30,549 nt of DNA, filler included, from Gekko japonicus (GCF_001447785.1; 2 parts of 2 records of this genome joined end to end with filler, not necessarily neighbours in it); one strand, 5' to 3'. Positions 1 to 9,707 are shown, counted from the first letter of the whole stretch. Numbers and translations are program-made. The notes: generated by a model not told the origin, from the letters alone.

Positions 1-174
1 GGCAAGGGATGCTCTGTATTCTTGGTGCGTGGGGGAGCAACAGTGGGAGGGCTTCTGGTGTCCTGGTCCCATTGATGGACCTCCTGATGGCCACTGTGTG
101 ACAGAGTGTTGGACTGGATGGGACATTGGCCTGATCCATCGTTGGCTTCTCTTATGTTCTCTTATGTTCTTATG
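1..174 (+). mobile_element. CR1 LINE 3' end fragment
   Basis: Ends in a (CTTATGTT)n tail. Same sequence as the 3' UTRs at 6890-7307, 14340-14636 and 26806-27214, which are attached to the CR1 ORF2 C-terminus. Confidence 0.8.
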
Positions 175-224
175 ATGGATAGACAGACAAAACACTTAAT
201 ATATTGCCGTTTCAAAGAAGAGAG

Positions 225-439
225 TAAGGTTGCCAGCCTCCAGATGGGACCTGGAAATCTTGCAGCATTTCTACTGATCTCCAGACAGTGAACAGCTCTA
301 CTATGGGGGGGGGGGATGGCTGTTCTGCAGAGTGGAATCCATGGCATTTTACCCTGCTAACATCCCTCCCCAAAACTTCCCCTCCACAGGATCCACCCCC
401 AAATCTCCAGGAATTTACAACCCAGAATTGGCAACCCTA
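225..439. mobile_element. MITE with TAGGGTTGCCA-type TIRs (hAT/Blackjack-like)
   Basis: Starts taaggttgcca and ends tggcaacccta. Related copies at 8769-9346, 23280-24100 and 24293-24512. Confidence 0.6.
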
Positions 440-901
440 TGCACATGCAGAAGTCTCTAGCTTCAATCTGTGCCATCTCCACGCATGTAGCAGCTGCTGG
501 AATGAGACCCTGGAGAGCGATGGCTACTAAGTACTAAGATAGTACCAGGTGTACATCTGAATGGTCTCTGTGACTATAAGGAAGCTTCTTATATTCATAG
601 TTAAAAGCAGGGGTCATTTCCTGCAGGAGCACACAGGAGCAGAACTCCGGAAGTAAAGAGCCCGGGGGCGGGCACATGCAACAAGCCCCGCCCCCTGCTT
701 CCAGCAGTCCTCAGTCAGAACAAGAAGCAGCCAGGTAAGCTGCAGAGCCCCCCCCCCCAGATAGCAATCCAAAGGAGTCCAGTGGCACCTTTAAGACCAA
801 GTCTTGTTCAGGTACAAGCTCTCCCTCCTCTGTGAAGACAGATCTGCATGTTCCCTCCCCCCCAACAGCTAGCAATCCAAAACAGTCCAGTGGAGCCTGA
901 G

Positions 902-1267
902 TGTAATGTATTCTTAGCTGCCATGAGTACATTAGGATGTATGGGAAACCTCCCATAGGGAAGCAATGTTAAGCTTCGTTTTGGACAGAGGATTCTAGTC
1001 CAAGACTCACGACCCAATCACATTCAAGCAAGCTGCAAGCGGGAACGTTTGTGATTGGTCCTTATGCGCTCAACCTGATAGGTTGTTATGTGTATAGTGG
1101 GAGTGGCTATGTTAGCCGGGAATGTTTAAATACCGGGCAGTTTCAATGGGCAAACTGTTCGGGCTATCAGATGTTGTACCGTGTCGAAGAAGTGAACAAA
1201 GAGCTGAATAAACTTGAGTCTTTGCTGAAATCACTCTCCGACTCATTGTTAAGCGCCGGACTTAACA
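902..1267 (+). repeat. 5' LTR (366 bp)
   Basis: TGTAATG...CTTAACA with AATAAA about 55 bp before the end. Differs from the 3' LTR by about 6 substitutions and 1 indel by eye. Confidence 0.96.
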
Positions 1268-1269
1268 AT

Positions 1270-1287
1270 TGGCGACGAGGATGGGAT
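1270..1287 (+). promoter_or_regulatory. Primer-binding site complementary to tRNA-Ser(GCU)
   Basis: TGGCGACGAGGATGGGAT, 2 nt after the LTR. It is the reverse complement of the 3' 18 nt (...ATCCCATCCTCGTCG-CCA) of vertebrate tRNA-Ser(GCT). Confidence 0.88.
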
Positions 1288-1405
1288 ACTAGTGCGGGTA
1301 GGCAGCCCCGCTACATCCAGACCCACGACGGACAACGAAGAGCAGCAGCTCGCCGTGGCCAGTCAGCAACGGGCACCACCAGAGCCGGTGGCAGCGATTG
1401 CAACG

Positions 1406-4400
1406 ATGGCCAATAGCCCGAAGTTCGAGGCCTTCGAACCAGCGACCGAGGACTGGGACTCCTACCTGTCAAGGTTCGGGTTCCACCTCGAAGCCTCCGA
1501 CATCACGACGGAGGAGAAGAAGCGGGCGACGCTCCTGAGCTCTTGCGGAAAGAGCGTGTTCGACATCGCCCGGTCCCTGGTGGCACCAGCGGACATCTCG
1601 ACCGTCTCGTACAAGGACCTGACCGAGAAGCTGCAGGCACATTTCTCCCCGAAGCCGTCGGAGATTGCGTGCCGGCATGCCTTCTACAAGAGGGGTCAGG
1701 CGGCCAGCGAGTCGGTGGCGGAGTTTGTGGCTGCCCTACGAAAGGCGGCAAGGCCCTGCAACTTCGCGAATGTGGAAGAGGCCCTCAGAGACCGGCTAGT
1801 GTGCGGAATGAGGGACGACCAGCTGCAGCAGAGGCTGTTCGCTAGAAAGGAGCTGACCTGGGCAACGGCCTACGACCAGGCCATCGCCGCGGAAGCAGCC
1901 GACAAGTCGACCCGAGAGGTGCGTCAGCGTTTGGCAGCGACGGAGCTGCGCGTTCACCACCAGGGGGCCGACAGTGACAGCGAGGGTAAGCTGAGTGACG
2001 TCTGCATCGTCAAAAAGAAGGCAGACCAGCGGACCCCAGTGAAGACTTCGACCAGCCCAGCCTGCGCAGGCTGTGGCGGGAAGCACCCACGTGAGCAGTG
2101 TTGGACGAAAGACGTCCCCTGCCGTAAGTGTGGCAAAATGGGCCACATCGCTCGAGCCTGCAGAGCAATTAGGAGGTCCACGCCAGAAGCATCACCCCGG
2201 AATCAACGCTCACGAGCAGCACATCGTGAGGACGACCGTCAGACGACATCGAGTCTGTCAACCAAGCCTGCGGTTCGTCGAGTCGGAGGGACGGGAAAGA
2301 TCCACGTCACAGTCAACCTCAACGGAGTGCCCTGCAGCATGGAGGTCGACTCCGGATCGTCCGTGACCGTCCTGTCATCCCACACCTGGCAGCGCATGTT
2401 CCCGACCAGGAGCCGGCGGCGTTTGAAAGCCGCTGAAACGCAGGTGTCCGATTTCCAGGGGAGGCGCATTCCTCTGGCGGGAAGGGACACCTTTATGGTC
2501 GAATTCAAAGGGAAATGTGTTGAATTGTCATGTTTGATTGCCGAGGGTCACCGGGTAAATTTACTCGCATTGGAGTGGTTCGAACCACTCGGGATAGCAC
2601 TTACTGGGGTGAATGCCGTATCTGAAAATAAATGGGCTGTACTTTATAATGAATTTCCTGATGTGTTCGGGGGCGGTCTGGGAAAGTACAAAGGGCCCCC
2701 TGTGTCTTTTGAGCTCGATCCATCTGTGACACCTATACGGTTGAAGTATAGGAAGGTGCCAATCCCGCTTAAACCACGGATCGAAGCCGAGCTGGACAAG
2801 CTCATAGCCCAAGGAGTATTGGAGCCAGTCCCATTTAGCAAATGGGAGACGCCTATAGTCACGCCAGTAAAATCGGATGGCTCCATCCGAATATGCGCTG
2901 ACTATAAGTGCACGATCAACCGTGCCTTGCAGCAGCATTCCTACCCTGTCCCGGTAATCAGCCACGTCCTGGCGTCACTGGGAGGGGGGAAAGTGTTTGC
3001 AAAGTTCGACCTCGCCCAAGCCTACCAACAGCTGCCTGTGACCAGGGAGGCGGCTGAGGCGCAGACAATCGTCACCCACAGAGGGGCTTTTCGAGTGAAC
3101 CGGCTCCAGTTTGGGGTAAACGTGGCTCCAGGAGTGTTCCAAGGCCTCATGGAAGGGTTACTGAGGGGAGTTCAGGGGACTGTCCCTTATTTTGACGATG
3201 TGTTGGTGGCTGGGAGGTCCGATGAGGAACTCATGAGCAGAGTTCGAGAGGTACTGAAACGGTTCTCTCAAGCGGGACTTAAGGTGAAACAGTCCAAATG
3301 TATAGTGGGTGTTCCCAGTGTGGAATTTTTGGGGTTCAGGATCGACGAACATGGTGTCCACCCCACAGAGGACAAGGTGAGGGCAATTAAGGATGCCCCA
3401 TGTCCAGGGAACAAAAAGGAGCTCCAAGCATTCCTTGGACTCCTCAATTTTTACCACGCCTTCCTCCCCCACAAGGCGTCGGTAGCGGCCCCACTACATG
3501 CCCTCCTGCACAAAGAGGCAAAATGGCGGTGGGGGTCAGAGCAGGAACGGGCGTTCAAAGGAGTCAAGGCATTACTGGTGTCCAATGCAGTGTTGACTCA
3601 CTACGATGATAATAAAATGTTGGTGTTGGCTGCGGATGCATCTCCTTATGGGGTGGGGGCGGTGCTCAGCCATTTGATGCCAAACGGCGAGGAAGCTCCC
3701 GTAGCATTTTATTCCCGCTCACTGTCAAGCGCGGAGAAGGGGTACGCCCAGATCGACAAGGAGGGACTGGCGCTTGTTGCAGCAGTTAAAAAGTTTCATG
3801 ACTTTTTGTATGGTCGGAAGTTTCTCCTTGTCACCGACCACAAGCCCCTGTTGGGAATCTTTGCCCCGGACCGGCAACTTCCCAACATCATGTCAGCGCG
3901 GATGCTGAGGTGGGCTCTGTTCCTGTCCGCCTACGATTACGACCTAGAACATCGGCCGGGTAAGGCGATTGGTCACGCGGACGCTTTGAGTCGCTGCCCT
4001 CTGCCCGGCCTGGACTCAGACCCAGCTCCAGCTAGCGAGGTGTTAGCGATTGATGAACTGTCCCAGGCTCCGATCACCTCCAAGGACATTGCGGCTGCGT
4101 CCGCTAAAGGCATTGTGATCTCCAGGGTCTTGAACTGGGTTTGGAGGGGGTGGCCTGTGGGCTCTGTGGAGCCAGAATTTGCGTGTTACAAAATGCGTCA
4201 AAACGAGCTGTCTGTGTCAAAGGGATGTCTTTTGTGGGGAAGCCGGGTGGTGGTCCCTCACAAACTCAGGGAAAAAGTGCTGAAATCACTTCACGAGGGC
4301 CATCCCGGCATGGTCCATATGAAGGCGCTAGCTCGCGGGTATGTGTGGTGGCCCAGGCTAGACGCCGACATTGAAGAGTGGGTTCGGGTGTGTGAGCCTT

Positions 4401-5431
4401 GTCAGCAGGCTAGGCCTGAACCACCAACCGCCACTCCTCAGAGATGGGAGTCGGCGGGAAAGCCCTGGTCGAGATTGCACCTCGACTTCGCAGGGCCAGT
4501 ACAAGGGCAAATGTTTTTGGTAATTGTAGACGCTTATACCAAATGGTTAGAAGTGGCTCACATGCGATCGACCACTTCTAGCGCTGTCGTCACAGTGCTG
4601 CGACAGTTGTTTGCCACTCACGGGTTGCCTGACGTACTCGTGAGTGACAACGGCGCACAATTTACTTCCGAGGAGTTCAGGAGGTTCTTGTCTGATAACG
4701 GGATCAGGCAAATGACGGCCGCGCCGTTTCACCCGGCCTCAAACGGGCAGGCCGAGAGAATGGTGAGAACAACTAAAGAAGCCCTTGCAAAGCTGGTATG
4801 TGGTGATTGGGGGGTGAAACTAGCTTCGTTTCTCCTGAGACAACATGTTACCCCTTGTTCGGCGACAGGCCGCAGCCCGGCCGAGATGTTAATGGGTCGC
4901 CGTTTAGCAACGCTGTTAGACAGGTTGCATCCAGATCTGAACGATCTGAAACCACAACCACAGACCGAGAGTCCGAAGGTCCGGACATACGAAAAGGGTG
5001 AGCAAGTGTATGCTCGTAACTATGCCAGTGGTCACTCGTGGCTTCCAGCCACTGTCACCGATGTTATCGGTACTAGAATGTATGTGGTACGGCTTGCAGA
5101 TGGACGCAAGTGGCGTAGGCACATAGACCAGCTGAGGCAGCGGTGGGCAACTGACCGTCCTACCGTGCAGCCGGCTGAGTCCGCGGAGGAACCCCCATGG
5201 CCTTTAGAAGAGGCAGGTACTGTAGAGCCTGAGGGCTACAGTAGCGGTCAAGAGACAGGGCAGACCCCTAATTTTGAACCGCATGCAACGGACGGGGATG
5301 TTCCTGACTCTGAGGTCCCAGAGTCAAACGGAGTACCACTGAGGGACAGATGCCCTGAGACGAGTTCACCTCGTAGGTCTCAGAGAACGAGACGTGCACC
5401 CACCTACCTAAGTGATTACGACTGTTCATGA
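1406..5431 (+). CDS. Gag-Pol polyprotein (about 1341 aa from the first ATG; frame open from 1292)
   Basis: Two Zn knuckles (CAGCGGKHPREQC, CRKCGKMGHIARAC), protease EVDSGS, RT YFDD, RNase H LAADASPYGVGAVL, integrase HHCC (HEGH..CEPC) and DDE core (LDFAG/SDNG/QAE). ATG in ACGATGG context. No stops or frameshifts. Confidence 0.95.
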   Translation: MANSPKFEAFEPATEDWDSYLSRFGFHLEASDITTEEKKRATLLSSCGKSVFDIARSLVAPADISTVSYKDLTEKLQAHFSPKPSEIACRHAFYKRGQAASESVAEFVAALRKAARPCNFANVEEALRDRLVCGMRDDQLQQRLFARKELTWATAYDQAIAAEAADKSTREVRQRLAATELRVHHQGADSDSEGKLSDVCIVKKKADQRTPVKTSTSPACAGCGGKHPREQCWTKDVPCRKCGKMGHIARACRAIRRSTPEASPRNQRSRAAHREDDRQTTSSLSTKPAVRRVGGTGKIHVTVNLNGVPCSMEVDSGSSVTVLSSHTWQRMFPTRSRRRLKAAETQVSDFQGRRIPLAGRDTFMVEFKGKCVELSCLIAEGHRVNLLALEWFEPLGIALTGVNAVSENKWAVLYNEFPDVFGGGLGKYKGPPVSFELDPSVTPIRLKYRKVPIPLKPRIEAELDKLIAQGVLEPVPFSKWETPIVTPVKSDGSIRICADYKCTINRALQQHSYPVPVISHVLASLGGGKVFAKFDLAQAYQQLPVTREAAEAQTIVTHRGAFRVNRLQFGVNVAPGVFQGLMEGLLRGVQGTVPYFDDVLVAGRSDEELMSRVREVLKRFSQAGLKVKQSKCIVGVPSVEFLGFRIDEHGVHPTEDKVRAIKDAPCPGNKKELQAFLGLLNFYHAFLPHKASVAAPLHALLHKEAKWRWGSEQERAFKGVKALLVSNAVLTHYDDNKMLVLAADASPYGVGAVLSHLMPNGEEAPVAFYSRSLSSAEKGYAQIDKEGLALVAAVKKFHDFLYGRKFLLVTDHKPLLGIFAPDRQLPNIMSARMLRWALFLSAYDYDLEHRPGKAIGHADALSRCPLPGLDSDPAPASEVLAIDELSQAPITSKDIAAASAKGIVISRVLNWVWRGWPVGSVEPEFACYKMRQNELSVSKGCLLWGSRVVVPHKLREKVLKSLHEGHPGMVHMKALARGYVWWPRLDADIEEWVRVCEPCQQARPEPPTATPQRWESAGKPWSRLHLDFAGPVQGQMFLVIVDAYTKWLEVAHMRSTTSSAVVTVLRQLFATHGLPDVLVSDNGAQFTSEEFRRFLSDNGIRQMTAAPFHPASNGQAERMVRTTKEALAKLVCGDWGVKLASFLLRQHVTPCSATGRSPAEMLMGRRLATLLDRLHPDLNDLKPQPQTESPKVRTYEKGEQVYARNYASGHSWLPATVTDVIGTRMYVVRLADGRKWRRHIDQLRQRWATDRPTVQPAESAEEPPWPLEEAGTVEPEGYSSGQETGQTPNFEPHATDGDVPDSEVPESNGVPLRDRCPETSSPRRSQRTRRAPTYLSDYDCS

Positions 5432-5444
5432 GGTATTTTTGCTT

Positions 5445-5457
5445 AGGGGGGAGGGAA
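5445..5457 (+). promoter_or_regulatory. Polypurine tract
   Basis: AGGGGGGAGGGAA just before the 3' LTR. Confidence 0.9.
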
Positions 5458-5458
5458 T

Positions 5459-5825
5459 TGTAATGTATTCTTAGCTGCCATGAGTACATTAGGATGTATG
5501 GGAAACCTCCCATAGGGAAGCAATGTTAAGCTTCGTCTTGGACAGAGGATTCTAGTCCAAGACTCGCGACCCAATCACATTCAAGCAAGCTGCAAGCGGG
5601 AACGTTTGTGATTGGTCCTTATGCGCTCAACCTGATAGGTTGTTATGTGTATAGTAGGAGTGGCTATATTAGCCGGGAATGTTTAAATACCGGGCAGTTT
5701 CAATGGGCAAACTGTTCGGGCTATCAGATGTTGTACCGTGTCGAAGAAGTGAAGAAAGAGCTGAATAAACTTGAGTCTTTTACTGAAATCACTCTCCGAC
5801 TCATTGTTAAGCGCCGGACTTAACA
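5459..5825 (+). repeat. 3' LTR (367 bp)
   Basis: Direct repeat of 902-1267, TG...CA. Confidence 0.96.
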
Positions 5826-6367
5826 GGTGTTGCCTTCTGACACACTTCCGGTGATGTCAGCGGGTGTGGCATATGCAAAAAAGTTACGCTAATGAATTAT
5901 GCTAATGAGCTCCTTCACCTCTTTTTCTACGAAATGACCCCTGGTTAAAAGCTTCCCTTTCAACTAAACTTGAAAACAGCAAATGCATCAAACGAACAGT
6001 TACTTAGATCTCTGAGCTGGCGAATGTGGAACAAAGAGAACTCGTAGCAGATGTCTTGACTTGTGTGGTGCTTTCATATGGTTTCTTAGGTATTCAACAC
6101 CCATTCTCGATCGCAAAGTTCCTAATTAGCTCCTGCAAGTGTAAAAACATAAACTCCATTGGCATCGCCATAAATTGCGGCTTACCTCATTCACGGCGCT
6201 TGCTCACCCTACGCGATCCCACTATAGCATTATCAACACGTTACACCCTGAAGGCCATTTGCGGAACAGGGAGGCCTGATGTTAACATTCTTACAATTTG
6301 GGCCAGCCAGTTCATCCTGGAAGCCAGACCTGAATCGGAGATGAGTGGCTCTTTTCTACTCTTTTCG

Positions 6368-6822
6368 TAGAATAATGGAGCTGCTAAGGGCCATACAGGG
6401 ATCTTCTCCATCCCCCTGCTCAATGCAGGGTCAACCTAAAGGTGTTCATTCAGCAGCTGCTTGAAGACTGCCAGAGCTCCCCAGGTAGCCGATTCCACTG
6501 CTGAACTACTCTTACTGTAAAAAATAATAATAATAATCCTAATATCCAGTCAATACCTTCCCGCTCTTAATTTAAATTCATTATCGCGAGTCCTCTCCTC
6601 TGCTGCCGACAGGAACAGCTCCCTGCCCTCCTCTAAGTGACGGCCCTTCAAATACTTCAAGAGAGAAATCCTGTCCCCCCTCAAGCTCCTCTTCTTCGGA
6701 CTGAACATTCCCAAGTCCCTCAGCCTTTCCTCATAGGGCTTGGTCTCCAGGTCCCCGATCATCCTCGTTGATCTCCTCTGCACCCGCTCCATTCTATCCA
6801 CAACCTTTTCAAAGCAAGGCCT
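6368..6822 (-). mobile_element. CR1 LINE 3' fragment (ORF2 C-terminus)
   Basis: ERVQRRSTRMIGDLETKPYEERLRDLGMFS..RSLRGDRISLLKYLKG, typical of the CR1 ORF2 end. Confidence 0.88.
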
Positions 6823-6889
6823 CCCTCGTACATTGTCATTATGAACTTTTTTTAGTTTCACCCATTTTCCGTTGCTAGTCTTCCCCATT

Positions 6890-7307
6890 CATAAGAACAT
6901 AAGAGAAGCCAATGTTGGATCAGGCCAATGACCCATCCAGTCCAACACTGTCTCACAGTGGCCAAAAATACCAGGGGCCATCAGGAGGTCCAGCAGACAT
7001 TAGAAGCCCTCCCACTATTGCCCCCCCCCCAAGCACCAAGAATACAGAACATCACCTGCCCCAGCCTGTGAGTTCCTATCTATACCTTGTGGCTAATAGC
7101 CACTGGTGGACCTCTGCTCCATATGCTTATCCAATTCCCTCTTGAAGCTGTCCAGGCTTGTAGCTGTCACCACCTCCTGTGGCAGAGAACTCCATGTGTT
7201 CATCACTCTTTGGGTGAAGAAGTACTTCCTTTTATCTGTTCTAACCCGACTGCTCAGCAATTTCATTGAGTGCCCACGAGTTCTTGTATTGTGAGAAAGG
7301 GGGAAAA
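6890..7307 (-). mobile_element. CR1 LINE 3' fragment
   Basis: HNTRTRGHSMKL..RTDKRKYFFTQRVMNTWSSLPQEVV..SFKRELDK followed by 3' UTR and (CTTATGTT)n tail. Confidence 0.9.
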
Positions 7308-7628
7308 GCACATATTTCATTTGGGTGTGCATTTTATGTGTGCAGTAATTGCTACTTCTTTTGTACTTCCATAAAAAGTACAGAAAATAAAATGCACAGC
7401 TGATGTTTGCCTCTCCCTCAAGCCATATTTCTCCCTCTCACAGACTTTTAAAGCCTCTTAGACATTGTACACCAGGCTGTATGCAATTAACACTACGAAT
7501 AGCCTTTTTTATTTTAAGAAAATGGGAATACTGTCAAATGTCACTAGTATGATCCAAGGTGGGTGGGAAGCAGAGTTCCCTGTAAGCTGAGTTAGTGCTG
7601 TTATAACCAGAGACAAATGCAAAGTATT

Positions 7629-8129
7629 GGCCAAATTCAGACTGGCAGTTTGGCTTAACAGCCAAACATTTCAGGAGCGTTTCAGGAGCGGATTAAAGGG
7701 GCGGGGTCACACAGGCACATCTGTCAGGCGTCCCCCAGCCATACTCAAACCATCTTGTGCCGCTTCCCTCCAGAGTTTAAAAAGTACCAGGTGAAAGCGT
7801 GTGTAGAGCGGGTTGATTCCGTTTTCCTGACGTGTGAACGCAAGCGCTGCTAAGGCGGGAATGACCTGCAGTCGTTGATAATAGGCGCTGGCTGTTTCTG
7901 TGGCAGGCACCCATGCGCCCATGCGCATAGGCGCATGCAGCGGAGCACAGAAACAGCTGCTAACAGCCCGCCGGGGCGGGCCAACAGTGCGAACTCTCCC
8001 TTGCACTTCCTCCATGGTATCCTCCTGCTTCATTCGCCGCAGTGTGAACGGGAATACTGTGACCAAGCCGTTCCGGGTCTTCTTTGCCGCGACTCCCTGG
8101 TGCTTCAAATTGCCAGTCTGAACTCGGCC
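7629..8129. mobile_element. PIF/Harbinger-like MITE
   Basis: About 23-bp imperfect TIRs (GGCCAAATTCAGACTGGCAGTTT / AAATTGCCAGTCTGAACTCGGCC) and a 3-bp TSD ATT. Confidence 0.75.
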
Positions 8130-8768
8130 ATTGTGTCCCAAGTTGAATTCTGATAAAAACCAGGGATAAGATCCAAGTCCGGAAAGGACTTTTGATGCCT
8201 TATTCTGGAGCGTATCAGACTTGGACTTCATGCCTTATTCTGGAGCTGTCTCCTAAGAAGGCGGCTAAAATTCTGAAGTCCAAGTCTGATACCGCCAACT
8301 CTCAAGAGACAGCTGCAATCTATATGTCTTAATGTGTCAGGCCCTGCATCAGCAACAAACTGTTATGAAATTTCAACATCTGTTTTTGTTTTTTTTTAAT
8401 TTGGCATTTAGCTTCTGGAAACGCCCTTGGCCTGTTCTTCCTTTGTCCAAAGGACAGTGTGAACAACACAGGGGATCTTGTAATCCTTTGGTTAAGTGGC
8501 CCATAAAGCGGAGATAAGAACACTTACCAGGGTGGAGGCTGTGTGCCTTTTCTCAGGACAAAGGACATCAAAGGAATTAGTGACTTGCTATGATTAGCAT
8601 ATGCAAAGTGGCGTGTAATTACTGATGGAAGGAGCAGTTACGCCTCTTGCTAAAGTTGCTCAATGTTTTCCTCTCCCAGGAGATGTTCTCTTCCCATCTG
8701 CATCGGAAGGTGCCAGACTGCAGTTGTTTCAAAGGGCCCAGCAAAGCTGCTGCAGGCAATATCCAGTG

Positions 8769-9346
8769 TAGGGTTGCCAACTCTGGACTGGAAACTTCCT
8801 GGAGATTTGGGAGCGGAGCCCTGGGGAGGGGGAAACTTTAGGGAGGGGAGGGCCCCCCTTTGGGTATAACTCCACAGAATCCCCCCACCTTATTCTAATT
8901 TTTAAAAATGCAGTAAGCAGATTGATTTCAATAGTTCTATATTTTGTGCGGAATGAATTTGCTCTACACAATGTCGTGAATCCTTCCCCCCAAATTCTCT
9001 TCCCTCCTGTGCTTATCGTCTGACCTTACCTGGTCCTCTTAGGACATTTCCTCTTGCTAAGATGAATGTCCATTCAATGGAGGTTACAAGACGGTGCTTT
9101 TCTGCATTTTCCCTATTCTGACAGAATTAGCTTTTGCTCCCTTGGTAAAATAGTTTCTCATAGTTATTGTAATGTCCTCTATATTCACTTAAGTTGTCAT
9201 TTCTTTCTACCGTGGCTGGTGAAGTTCTACCATTCTAATCCAAGCAGGGTGGTCCCCTTCCTACCCTCAGATCAAATCTTAATGCAATTTTGGATGCTGC
9301 GATTTCTAAGAGATCTCCAGGTAACACCAGGAGGTTGACAACCCTG
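8769..9346. mobile_element. Degenerate TAGGGTTGCCA-type MITE, ends only recognisable
   Basis: Starts TAGGGTTGCCAAC and ends GTTGACAACCCTG. The middle is unrelated or diverged. Confidence 0.45.
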
Positions 9347-9707
9347 ATGCCAATGATGTTTTTAACCTGCAAAGACCTACTTTAAAATTGTTGCTTTCAT
9401 TGCATATTTGAGCTTTGGATGATTTGCTGGAACAAAATTCCTCACTTGGCCGAAAGAGTCCTCTCCTCTCCTCTCCTCTCTAACAAAAACTCAAGGCTCA
9501 GTGCCTTGGCCTGTGTAACCATCTGCAATTTCATTTATACTCTTTCTTTATAGACTCCATTCCCCAGAAGAGTGTTCTAGAACTCAGGGTAGCTTCCAAA
9601 GGAGTCCATGTTGTCTCACTGGATGTTTGTCCCAGATGTTCAAAGATAAAAGATGTGCAAAGGTAAAAGAGATCCATCAGTGGCTATTAGCCACAAGGTA
9701 TAAATAG

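Larger units (their letters stand above)
902..5825 (+). mobile_element. Full-length Ty3/Gypsy LTR retrotransposon (Mag-like)
   Basis: Two TG...CA LTRs, PBS, PPT and a single gag-pol ORF in the order PR-RT-RNaseH-IN. Confidence 0.97.
608..5943. mobile_element. Non-autonomous hAT MITE (608-901 + 5826-5943) split by a Gypsy insertion
   Basis: TIRs CAGGGGTCATTTC...GAAATGACCCCTG. Perfect 8-bp TSD GTTAAAAG (600-607 / 5944-5951). Colinear with the empty copy at 9994-10415. Confidence 0.93.

Noticed and set aside
1292-1405. GTG start of the 1379-aa ORF
   Set aside because: Eukaryotic context. The first ATG (1406) has a good Kozak context and precedes the gag homology.
1051-1416. Short ORFs in the LTRs (also 5608-5823, 711-956, 5268-5513)
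   Set aside because: They recur only because the LTR is duplicated, and have no protein motifs.
902-5825. Idea that the missing TSD reflects recombination between two distant Gypsy copies
   Set aside because: The host MITE's 8-bp TSD matches on both sides, so both flanks come from one locus.
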